NCBI GenBank assembly: GCA_043228905.1
Contig: JBHGNT010000002.1
Location: forward strand, 1,736,001-1,800,000
Direction of reading: 5' to 3'
Length of the DNA stretch: 64,000 nt
Source: Azolla caroliniana
Taxonomy: Eukaryota; Plantae; Polypodiophyta
The translations under genes were made by a program, and so were the position numbers. Under the pieces are notes generated by a model. The model saw only the letters and a list, made by a program, of their open reading frames with translations, had not been told where the DNA came from and made no database searches. Below, piece by piece: positions 24,686 to 36,600 of the stretch. Position 1 is the stretch's first letter, and each line of letters starts with the position of its first letter.

Positions 24686-27600
24686 ATGGCGTTCTCTGAT
24701 CGCAGCGTCACGGTGGCTTCTCTGCAGTTTGCTTGCACCGACGATGAAGACACGAACATCCAGGTCGCTGAAAGGTTTTGTTATCCTTCTTCTTCGTACT
24801 CTTTCTCTGTAACACACACACATCTCTAATATGGCTAGATAGTAACATTCAGTCTACCCCCTCATTGTGATTGTTGTTTCCCCAGGTTACTGCGAGAAGC
24901 TCACGGAAAAGGTGCGCAAATTGCCTTGATCCAGGTATGCGCTGATGAGTTGTTTTCATTACACTCTCGAAGAGACATTTGTGTTGGTTGAGCTTATCCT
25001 TCAACATATCGTGTTTAGTTTAGAAAAGAAAGAAAGAGACAAAAGCAAAGGAATTTGTGTCCTGATGTTAGAAAACGATGAACCAGAATCTGTGCATATT
25101 CTCTTGGTACCAGAGTGTATCCATCTTATGCCTTAAAGAAATATGAGAAAGCACATTTGTTCAGTAATATACATTGGTAGGAGGGAGAAAAATACAGAGA
25201 TCTCTTCTATTTACATGAGGAGAAAGTTCCTCTTTATAAAGGCCAAGATCTGGCCGTTGGGCTAACTAGCTGTTGAAACTAACTAGCCGTTGGGCTAGCT
25301 GTTATAACTTTTAAACATTCTCAACACTCCCCCTCAAGGTGGGCGAAAAATATCCACTAAGCCCATCTTGTCACACAAATCTAGTAAGACTTACTGGCCC
25401 AAGTCCCTTTGTAAGACAATCTGCTACTTGATGTTCAGTAGAAACATGACTCAATTTTAATATTCCATTATCAAGCTTTTCCTTGATAAAGAACCTGTCG
25501 ATTTCGATGTGTTTGGTCCTATCGTGCTGTACCGGATTGTTGGCAATGCTGATTGCTGACTTATTGTCACACCACAACATCATCTGATTTTCTTGATTCA
25601 CCTTTAGTTCTACTAGAAGAGTTCGCAGCCATAACATCTCTGCAACTCCTATAGCAATAGCTCTATACTCTGCTTCGGCTGTTGACCTTGCTACTACTGA
25701 CTGTTTCTTACTCTTCCAAGAGACCAGATTGCCTCCAACAAACATACAGTATCCTGATGTGGATTTCCTGTCACCAGCACAACTGGCCCAATCAGAATCA
25801 CAATAGCCCTCAATGTTAAAATGACCATGTTTTCTGAAGATTAATCCTTTCCCTGGGGCACCTTTGAGATATCTCAGAATATGGTACACTGCATCCATAT
25901 GATCTTTCCTCGGATCATGCATGTAGCGACTTACCACACTTACTGCAAATGAGATATCTGGACGGGTGTGGGTCAAATAAATCAGCTGACCTACCAATCT
26001 TTAATACCTTTCACGATCAACTTTCTCTCCCGCAAGTTCAGTTAGCTTAATCTTTTGGTCGATTGGAGAAGCTACAGGCCTACAACCCAACATTCCAGTT
26101 TCTTTGTGAAGATCTAGTACATATTTCCGTTGAGATAGAACAACTCCTTCTGCTCCACGAGCTACCTCAATTCCAAGAAAGTATCGTAGCAATCCTAGAT
26201 CCTTCACCTCAAACTCTTTACCCAATTGCATCTTCAGTTGGGCAATTTCTCTTTCATCGTTACCCGTGATAATTATATCATCCACATACACAACAAGCAA
26301 TGTAGTATGCTCCTTATGTTGTCGAAAGAACACTGTATGGTCTGCATTCGTCTGTTGGTATCCCATACCCACCATAGCCCTTAACTTGTCGAACCAGGCT
26401 CGAGGAGATTGCTTCAGCCCATAAAGCGACTTCCTAAGTTTGCAAACCTTACCTATTGTTTGAATTGTACCGAAACCTGGGGGAACATCCATGTACACTT
26501 CCTCCATCAATTCTCCATGAAGGAATGCATTTTTTTATATCTAATTGATGTAATTTCCAATCCTTATTCACTGCTAAGGAAATAAGTGTTCTAACAGTGC
26601 TCATCTTCGCCACAGGTGCAAAAGTCTCATCATAGTCAATGCCATATGTCTGACTATATCCTTTAGCCACCAATCGTGCCTTGTATTGATCTATTTTTCT
26701 CTCTAGGGTCTGTTTTATTGTAAACACCCATTTGCACCCAACCGCCTTCTTTCCTGGTGGTAGTGACACAATCTCCCAAGTTTTGTTCTTCGCAAGAGCT
26801 CCGAGTTCTTCTTGCATGGCTGCTTTCCATTTTGGATCTTCTTTAGTAACCTGCCAACACTTGGGTAAAGTCTAATGATGCAATGAATGCTCTATGTGTA
26901 GCTGATATGTTAGAATAAGAGATAAATTGAGCAATATCATGAGGAAAACCATAACGATCAAGAGGGACCCCTGCATTACTGCGAGAGGTCCTCCTAATCT
27001 TGATAGGAGAAGGAGAGAAAATCATATCACCTGTGATTTCTAGGTTCGGGAGTTCTGTAGGTATTTCAGAAGTCGAGGCAAGTCGGGACATGGAACTTGA
27101 TGGCACATGTGGTGTTGAAGACGTGTTCACATTTCTGTCTTTCTGCCTCCTCTTCCTTGTATACACCTTTAGCTCCCACTCAGATTGAGTCCCAACACAT
27201 ATAGGCTCCTCGTCTTCGTTTCCTTCTTCTTCCGTACCTCCTACGCTCACTTGTTTCTCAACTGATGTAGGGATCAACAAAGGAATTGATCCTATTTTTA
27301 GCAACCTCTCACAATTATCTCCTTCCCTCATATTTTCAGTCTGAATTAAGTCATCAAAGGGTGAAGTTACCCCTTGTTTATAATATGGCTCTGACTCTCT
27401 GAAATGCACATCCATGCTCACAAATAATCTCTTCTCTACTGGACTCCAACAAACATAGCCTTTTTGTGTGGCAGAGTATCCCACAAATACACATTTTACA
27501 GCTTTAGGATCAAGTTTTCCTACAGATGGTCTATTGTCCTTTACAAAACACACACATCCAAACACCTTCAAAGGAAGGATTCCAGAGTTATTGCCTTGCA

Positions 27601-30600
27601 ACAACACACATGGAGACTTCCACTCCAATACTCTAGAGGGCATTCTATTGATCAATGTGGCAACCGTCAAAACTGCCTGTCCCCACAACTGCTTTGGGAC
27701 ATTCATAGAAATCATCATGCTTCTCGTTACCTCTAGAAGATGTCTATTCTTCCTCTCTGCATACTTTGTTCCATTATCAGACCTCAACACTTTTACTATT
27801 GCACCATATTGAGTTTGAACTGCTCTATGAAAATCTTTAAAACAAGCAAATACTTCATTTTTTTTTCTCATCAAATATAACCATGTCACACGAGAGAAGC
27901 AGTCAATGAAAGAGACAAAATATCGATATCCATTAATAGAATTTGTGGGACATGGTCCCAAACATCGGAGTGTATTACATCAAATGCATGGGAACTCCTA
28001 TGACCTGAACTAGCATATGAACTTTTAGTAAGCTTACCAAATTCACATGCATCACAAACAAGTTTTGTTTTATCCGCCTTTTCAAAAAGGTGTGGATACA
28101 CCCGACTCAAAATGCCATAAGAGGCATGTCCCATGCGTTGGTGGTGAAGTATTAACAAGTCCTCATAACTCATTTTAGATCCCCTTACATCTATTCCCTC
28201 TACCATAGATGCTAATGCTGAATTCAGCCCTTCACGATCCAAATACCATAGTCCACTATGCCATGTGCCAGTCCCAAGTCTCCGACCTGTCCCTTTCTCC
28301 TGGAATATCACCTTGGGAATATCAAAAGAAACAACACATTTTAGTTGGTGTATGATAGAACTTATAGATAATAAGTTTACTGGGAAAGAAGGAGCATGCA
28401 ACACATTAGACAATGTCACAGAGTCGGTACATTTTAATGTACCTATACCCACTACAGGTTGTGTAGTACCGTCAGCAATTTGAATGCTTTCTGGCATTGC
28501 TAAGTGAGTATACGAGGAGAATTCACTAGCATTACCTGTCACATGCCTAGATGCACCAGAATCAATTATCCATTCTGGTGCAGAGGCAAGAGTATTTGTG
28601 TTGCTAGTACTTGTGGCTGAATAAGCATAGGTGGCAGTGTTACCTCTTGACATGAATGAAGTATCATCTGCGGCTCTTTGCTTCCTCCTATGTATTTCTA
28701 AGAGAGCTTGATCCTCTTCGGTGAACACCACCTTAGTTCCTTCCTCTTCTTTTGCTACCATCAAGTTTGCTTGGTAACCTCCTCTTGCACCTCTTCGGCC
28801 CCCTCGACCACGACATGAATGAAGTATCATCTGCAGCTCTTTGCTTCCTCCTATGTATTTCTAAGAGAGCTTGATCCTCTTCGGTGAACACCACCTTAGT
28901 TCCTTCCTCTTCTTTTGCTACCACCTTTTGATCCTCTTGACATGAATGAAGTATCATCTGCGGCTCTTTGCTTCCTCCTATGTATTTCTAAGAGAGCTTG
29001 ATCCTCTTCGGTGAACACCACCTTAGTTCCTTCCTCTTCTTTTGCTACCATCAAGTTTGCTTGGTAACCTCCTCTTGCACCTCTTCGGCCCCCTTGACCA
29101 CGACCTCTAGTTTGTCCACGTCCTCCATATTCTCTCTCCTTAGATGGTTTAGGGCAAGCATTCTTGAAATGACCAGCTTCACCACAATTGTAGCATTTTC
29201 GATTTTCACTTCCACTTGAATTTGACACCATTAGTGCCGATCGCACCCCTGGAAGTCTGGTAGTGTCAGAGAGTAGCTTCATTCTACTCTCCTCTTGTAT
29301 CATAGTCGCGATTGCCTCATCAAGTGTAGGAATTTCAGCCTTGGCTAGAAGAACTGCCCTTCTTTGATCAAATGACGGATTGAGATGTTTCAAAAATTGC
29401 ATAGTTCTTCTTTGAGTAGAAATTTCCTTGCTCTTACACTGAGGATCATTGCACACTGTAACAGGCAAGAAATGATCGTATTCTGCCCATAGGCGCTCCA
29501 GCTCTATGGCATATTCCTGAATCATCCTATCTCCCTAGCAAACAACATCTATCTCCTGCTCGATTTGAAATACTCTCATGTTGTTTCCCCTCCTTGCATA
29601 CGTCTTTTGCAATTTCTCCCATATCTCCTTCACACTTAAAATTCCATCAACTGTTGTGGCGATTGATGGAATCATGGAGTTGAGAAGCCACGTGTACAAT
29701 GACATGTGGGTAGCTCTCCACGCTTTCCATTCATTGCTCGTTTTGATAGGAGGCTCTTTCTCTTCTCCCGTAAGGTAGCCATCAAGGCTTCTCCTCGCCA
29801 AGGCACCTATAATCCGACGTGACCAGCTCAAGTATGTGGCTGGTCCATCGAGTTTGAACTCAATTGGGAGGAGTTCAAGTCAGGGTGGTGGTTGTATTCC
29901 TGTCACACCTCCAGATGCTACAATCTCAGCCTGTTTTATGTATTTCACCAATGTTTTCACCTCATCTTCGTTCAATTTTGAGAACAAATCATCAATCTTG
30001 TCAAGTTGGCCTATCTCTGCTTTCCTCTTTTGACTTTTTTCCCAAGTCACCTCTCAATCACATAGCAATGTCATCCCAAATGAAACAAAAAAAATCCCCC
30101 TTTCCTCTCTTGAATGCTAGGATAGTGCTGTTCCAATCACTGTCATACCAGCAGAAGGGTAGATCTAGGGTTCTGCAGAGGGTAGATCTAGGGTTCTGCA
30201 GAGGACAGATCTAGGGTTTTGCAGAGGGGCGGATCTATGCTCTGATACCATAAAGAAATATGAGAAAGCACATTTGTTCAGTAATATACATTGGTAGGAG
30301 GGAGAAAAATACAGAGATCTCTTCTATTTACATGAGGAGAAAGTCCCTCTTTATAAAGGCCAAGATCTGGCCGTTGGGCTAACTAGCTGTTGAAACTAAC
30401 TAGCCGTTGGGCTAGCCGTTATAACTTTTAAACATTCTCAACATGCCTTCATAAATACATATGGTCGAAGTGATGAACCATGTATCTATGTATATTCTCA
30501 TGGTGGTGAAGTCTAACCCCCACAATTATGATGCCAACTGCCTGATTGAAAGAAACAGTCCACCACAATGTTTATAACGCGCGGATGAACATAATTTGAG

Positions 30601-33600
30601 ATTGCATGCCCCTGCTTATTTCTCACAAGAGTGGTGGAAAACAGACTGATCATACACCTCTACATCAAGAATTCTTTTTCGTGCATTCAAGTAAGATAGT
30701 TAGATGGGAAAGAGACTTAGAGAGAAATATCTATGGTAACAAGGAGTCAAAGTAAGATGAAAGAAATGAGAGCTTTTATACTGCCCTTGCCTGTGTTGGG
30801 TAACAATGTTGAATTGATGGTTCTTGTGTACCTAATTTACCATCAAACCTCTCCCTCTCAAAGGTTCGGTTAAGGACATAGCTAGAAGGACATGTGAGGA
30901 GATGAAACTCAACCCAACAGCTTGATAGCTCAAATGGTAAGAGTTATCTGTTGCAGAGAAAGAGGTTCCAAGTTTCATACCCATTGGGCGTGGTTCCCAA
31001 AGCTTGGATGTTGAAAAAACAAGATTTGGTGGTAAAAAAAGAATCATGATAAGGCAACGGATCACAAGGGCATGCAGGAGGCCTACAATGACAAAAATCG
31101 ATTTGGTCATCAATTGTAGAGTCTCCATACCGAATCATGATCACAAGGGGGGGGGGGGGGGAGAACAAATATCTGTGTGTGGGGGACAATAAAAGAGTAA
31201 ATGGCTCACAAATTCTAGAGAGGAGGGTTGGAATCCGAGGTATAAGTTTATATTAATTAATACAATCACATTTGGTTTCCATTTGAGTATGTTTTGTGCG
31301 GAGTATTGAGTCATAAGCTAATGATTTAATATATTATATAAAAGCTTATTCAATGATATCTCGTGGTCTACTAGTGAAGTTCATATAATCTATCTTGGGT
31401 TCAAGACCTAACAATATTAACGAATCATTTTCTCGCTGCTCCATCCCCACTTTCAGATGGGGGCCTGCTTCTTGCCCTGAAATGTGCTACGTCCACTTCA
31501 CAACAACGTTACAATTATGTAGCTGACTATGATGGGCATATCCATGACACGTTGATGTTTGTCAATCGTAAGAAAGAAAATGAGATATGTAATGGTAAAA
31601 TAGATGATATGATGTATTGGCTAGGTTGTGGGTAGATTTGTTAGAAACATCCTCAGTCATGCAACTCTTTGTTTTGTCTTGGTGATTCATTTTTCGTGTG
31701 ATTTTCTCATAATCCAAGGCTGACATAGTTATACTCACGACAGAACTTGTACCTTATATTTTATAGGAGCTATTTGAGGGCTACTACTTTTGCCAAGCTC
31801 AAAGAGGAGACTTCTTTTCACGAGCCAAACCACGAGATGGGCATACTACAATTGAAAGGTTCCAGGGAGTTATCTTTTGTATAGCACCAGAATGTTAAGG
31901 AAGATAGTGTTTTTTCACATTTTATATTTATATGTTTATCAGTGGACTAACTGCGTAATGCTGTATGCTTCTTTCTCTTGTCAGGATACAGAAATTGGCG
32001 AAAGAGTTACAGATGGTGATCCCTGTAAGCTTCTTTGAAGAAGCAAACAATGCACATTACAACTCGGTGGTTGTAATTGATGCAGATGGAACAGATCTTG
32101 GATTATACCGCAAATCGCATATACCAGATGGCCCAGGTATGTGTGGAGAACCATTCTTCTGAAGTGTATCAAATATATATCTCATTTTATTTTTAAACAT
32201 GATGTATAGTGTTAGTATATTACCAAATCTTCTGCTGTTGTAGGTTATCAGGAAAAGTTTTACTTTAACCCTGGGGATACAGGCTTCAAGGTACGCTTTT
32301 GGAGATTATTGTTTTTCTTTGTCTGTTTCACAGTATTCTTAAGGTTTTGAATAAGAAAAATACATCCACCCACTATAGTCATGTGTATGGATTGATGAAC
32401 CTTTTCTATTTTTGGAGTCAGGTTTTTGCTACCAAATATGCAAAAATTGGTGTAGGTAATTTAATCCCACTTTTGTTTAATTGATTCTTAATTATGTCAA
32501 CAAAATTTATCACCTTCTAAAATCTGACACACGTGTGGATGCATATCATGGACCATAATGTCAGTTTTTTTTAATAGGCTTGGCATCTTTTTTACTTATG
32601 CAGTTGTTATTGTATAGGAATATGCTGGGATCAATGGTTCCCAGAAGCTGCTAGATGCATGACATTGATGGGTGCTGAAATTCTTTTCTATCCAACAGCC
32701 ATTGGCTCAGAGCCACATGATTCTGGTCTTGATTCATGTGACCATTGGAAGCGAGTGATGCAAGGTCACGCAGGTGCGAATCTGGTAAGTTGTGTTATGT
32801 GCAGCTTTTGGTTCCATGTACTTATATGTTGGTGAAGGGTTGGAAATAACATATGTACTTCTGTGAGACCAGGTACCCTTGGTAGCATCCAACCGAATTG
32901 GCAAAGAAGTCATTGAAACAGAGCGTGGTCCAAGTGAAATTACATTTTATGGCCACTCTTTTATTGCTGGTAATATGTCGATTGTTTTATTTATCAATTT
33001 TTGTAATGACAAAATGCACAACGGTAATATTATTAAGTACTCCACTAAGGCCGCAAAACATACATGAGGCAGATGGTGTATCTAGCTATGTTTCAATAAT
33101 AATGACATGTTGGGAATAAATGGCCGCACTTTTATTAGTGCATGAGTGTGAACACACTTGTAGCACATTTTGACTTTATATACATATGTATATATCTAAA
33201 AACCAAAAAAGTGGTACACTCTTTGTACCCAAGATAACGTGCATCTCTCTCTCTCTCCCTTTGTCTCTCACTCAACGCTCTCGCTCTCTGATTGACCTAA
33301 AACCCTAATCTTCATGCTGCTCTTCAAACTGGTATTAGAGCGAAGCAGGTTAGAGCAAGTCACGTTTTTTTTTCCGCCAAGCAGATCATTCTTTTTTTGT
33401 AGAGCAAGTCACGTTTTTTTGCAGAGCCGGTCACGTTTTCTGTAGAGTAGGTCACATTTTGACTGTGTACAGTAGAAACATCTTGTAGGCTTTGATAGTG
33501 TGGATCAATTTTCTTTTTCGCTTGTGGGTGTTGTATAGTGCATGTACAACAGATATTGCCACTGAAAATTTATCTGTAGATTTGAAATTTTCTGTTTTTC

Positions 33601-36600
33601 AGTGTGGCTATATATCGTTGGTTGGTACTTGTTTGAGAGTCGAGGTTTGTTTTTTTTACTTAAGTTTTGGACCTCCTTATGGGCTAAGAAATCATGACTG
33701 GCAGCAGTGACAATATCCATCTTATGCACATGAAGAAGGTTGAGGGTGCACATAATTTTGTGGTATGGAAAAAGCAATGCTACAACATCCTGCTGCAGAA
33801 GAAAAGCACGCAAAGCCTATTAAAGTCAAAGGGGTGAAGCCTACAGATATAGACCAAGATGATTGGCAAGAGTTGAACGAGCTTGCACGCTCGACTATTG
33901 AGTTGTCAATTTTTGATGCCGTACTGTTTAATATTAAAGGTTTGGACACTGCTTATTCTATATGGACTAGACTAGAGGAACTGTATGCCCAAAAGACAAC
34001 AACTAACAAAGTTTATTGGCTTAAGAAACTTATGGATTTGCGCATTAAAGAGGGCACACCCAGGTCAACTCATTTGAGTGAGTTCAATTTCATTTTCAGC
34101 CAGCTGGTTGCCTTAAAAATCATCATTGATGATGAGTTTAAGGCCACGTTTTTATGTTGCACCTTGCCAGAAAGTTGGGATACTTTGAGGACTGCTATGA
34201 GCAATTCAAATGCGAAGCTTTGTTATACCGATGTAGAGAGTTCTCTACTCATGGAAGAGATGAGTCGGCAGAACAATGCATCCAATAAGTCCTTTAGTGC
34301 GTTGCATACTAGGGGTAGGTCACAACAGAGAGGCAAATTTGATAGTTATGCCGCAGTAAATCACGTGGTAAAGATGTAGAATGCCATCACTGTGGCAAAA
34401 AGGGTCACTTTAAACATGATTGTTTCAAATGGAAGAAAGAGAAAGTAAAGGGTAAGAAGACAAATGATTGCATAGAAGAGAAGAGAGACATTCAACCGAG
34501 GAAAAGCAATGCTAAAATTGAAGAGGTGAATGTAGTCACTCATGACAGTGATAGTGGAAATGATGTACTCTTTGTCTCTTCATGCCATAGAGAACATGCT
34601 TTACTTGTAGATACAGATGGTGACATGCACACTTGGATACTCGATTCTGGTGCTTCTTTTCATGTCACCCCTCATCATGAGTGGTTTTCAGATTACACAA
34701 GGGGTCGACATGGTGTTGTCCATTTTGGGGACAAGATGGACAACTATGCATGTGAAATTTCAGGTATTGACATTGTGCAATTATAGTTTCAGCATGGTTC
34801 CGCTTTCACACTTCAACATGTATGGCATGTACCTCAGCTCAAGAAGAACTTGTTTATCAAAGGGCAGCTAGATGATGATGGATTTCACACCACCTTTGGT
34901 GATGGGAAATGGAAGATTTGTAAGGGATCTAGAGTTATTGCCAAGGGTAGTAAAAGTGATACTTTGTATTCTCTCCATGTATCTAATGTGAGTGACCATG
35001 TTGTTGCCGTAACCAAGCAGCCAAGTGTTTCTTTGTGGCATGGCCGGTTGGGACACATGAGTGAAACTGATATGAAAGTACTTTCTCGTTTGGGTTACTT
35101 GCCTTGTCTTCGTTATGCTGATTTTGAGCATTGTGATCATTGCACAAACATCTCATAAAAAGTCTCTTTCGCTGAAATCTTCCTCGCTTGAGTTAGTACA
35201 TTCAGATGTATGTCAGATGCCATGGCTATCATTAGGGGGAAAGAAATACTTGGTCATTTTTGTCGATGATGCTACACGGAAGGTATGGTTTTACCCTATT
35301 CGTAGCAAGGATGAAGTGCTTGACAAGTTTCGAACATTCTTGGCATTAGTTGAGAATCAAATTGATAAGACATTTAAGTGTCTTCGCTCTGACAATGGTG
35401 CGGAATATGTGTCCAACGCCTTTCAAGCATTTTGTGACAATAAAGGGATAAAGAGGGAACTCACTGCCCCTTATAATCCACCCCAAAATGGAGTTGCAGA
35501 TCATATGAATCGAACTATTCAAGATAGGGTCCCTACTAATGGTGGGGAATATGTGTCCAAGGCCTTTCTAGCATTTTATGACAATAAAGGGATAAAGAGG
35601 GAACTCACTGCCCCTTATAATCCACCCCAAAATGGAGTTGCAGAGCGTATGATTGGACTATCCAAGATAGGGTCCTTACTATGCTGTCTCATGCTGCGTT
35701 ACCTCATGGTTTTTGGGCAGAGGCTGTTATGACAGCTGTTCATGTGATTAATCAGTCACCTAACAGGTCTTTGGGAGGGGGAATACCTCAAGAAGCGTGG
35801 TCGGGCAAGCCGCTTTCATATGCTCACTTGAGAGTGTTTGGCTGTGAGGCTTTTGTGCACATTCGTAAAAAATGCAACAAACTTGAGCCAAAGTCCTGCA
35901 AATGTATTTTCCTAAAATTCGGTGACGAGGGTGAAATAGTACGCAACAATGATGTTATCTTCTGGGAAAATCGCATGCATAAACAACCCGAAAAGACCAA
36001 AGAAGTATGTAGGGTTGTATTCCGAGAAGAAATACCTTTTAGACAGAAAAATGTGCCCACTGTACAGCAGCAAACACCTGCTGTAAACTTACCTTCAAAT
36101 GCAGAAAATGAGGCTGGAAATTATCAGCCAGCCTTTGCCCATAACGATGAGCCACCAAATGTGCAGGAATGGCTAGAACAGCAAGCTGTTAATGCTGATT
36201 TGCAAGCTGAAATGCCTGGACAGCAAGTTCAAAATGATGATTTGCAGGCTCAAAAGCTACCAAACAATGAGCATTGGGTTAGGAGATTGCCTAGAGTTAC
36301 TAGACAGCCTGACAGATTTGTTCCTGATGCAAACAGTTTGGCTGACTATGTCATGGTGACTGATTGTGGTGAACCGTCTTGCTTCAAGGAAGCAGTGGAC
36401 AGACAGGACAAGAAGAAATGGTATAAAGCCATGTTGTCAGAGATGGAATCTCTTGAGAAAAATGACACTTGGGAATTGGTGCAGTTGCCTAAAGGGCAGA
36501 AAACACTTCCATGCAAATGGGTTTATAAAATGAAGGTAATTTCTGATTCCTCACCAAAGTACATAGCAAGATTGGTTGCAAAAGGATACAAGCAGGAATA

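Noticed and set aside
25134-30443. Horizontal transfer of the young Copia from angiosperms
   Set aside because: The gag sequence reminds me of grass elements, but this cannot be supported without a database search and phylogeny.
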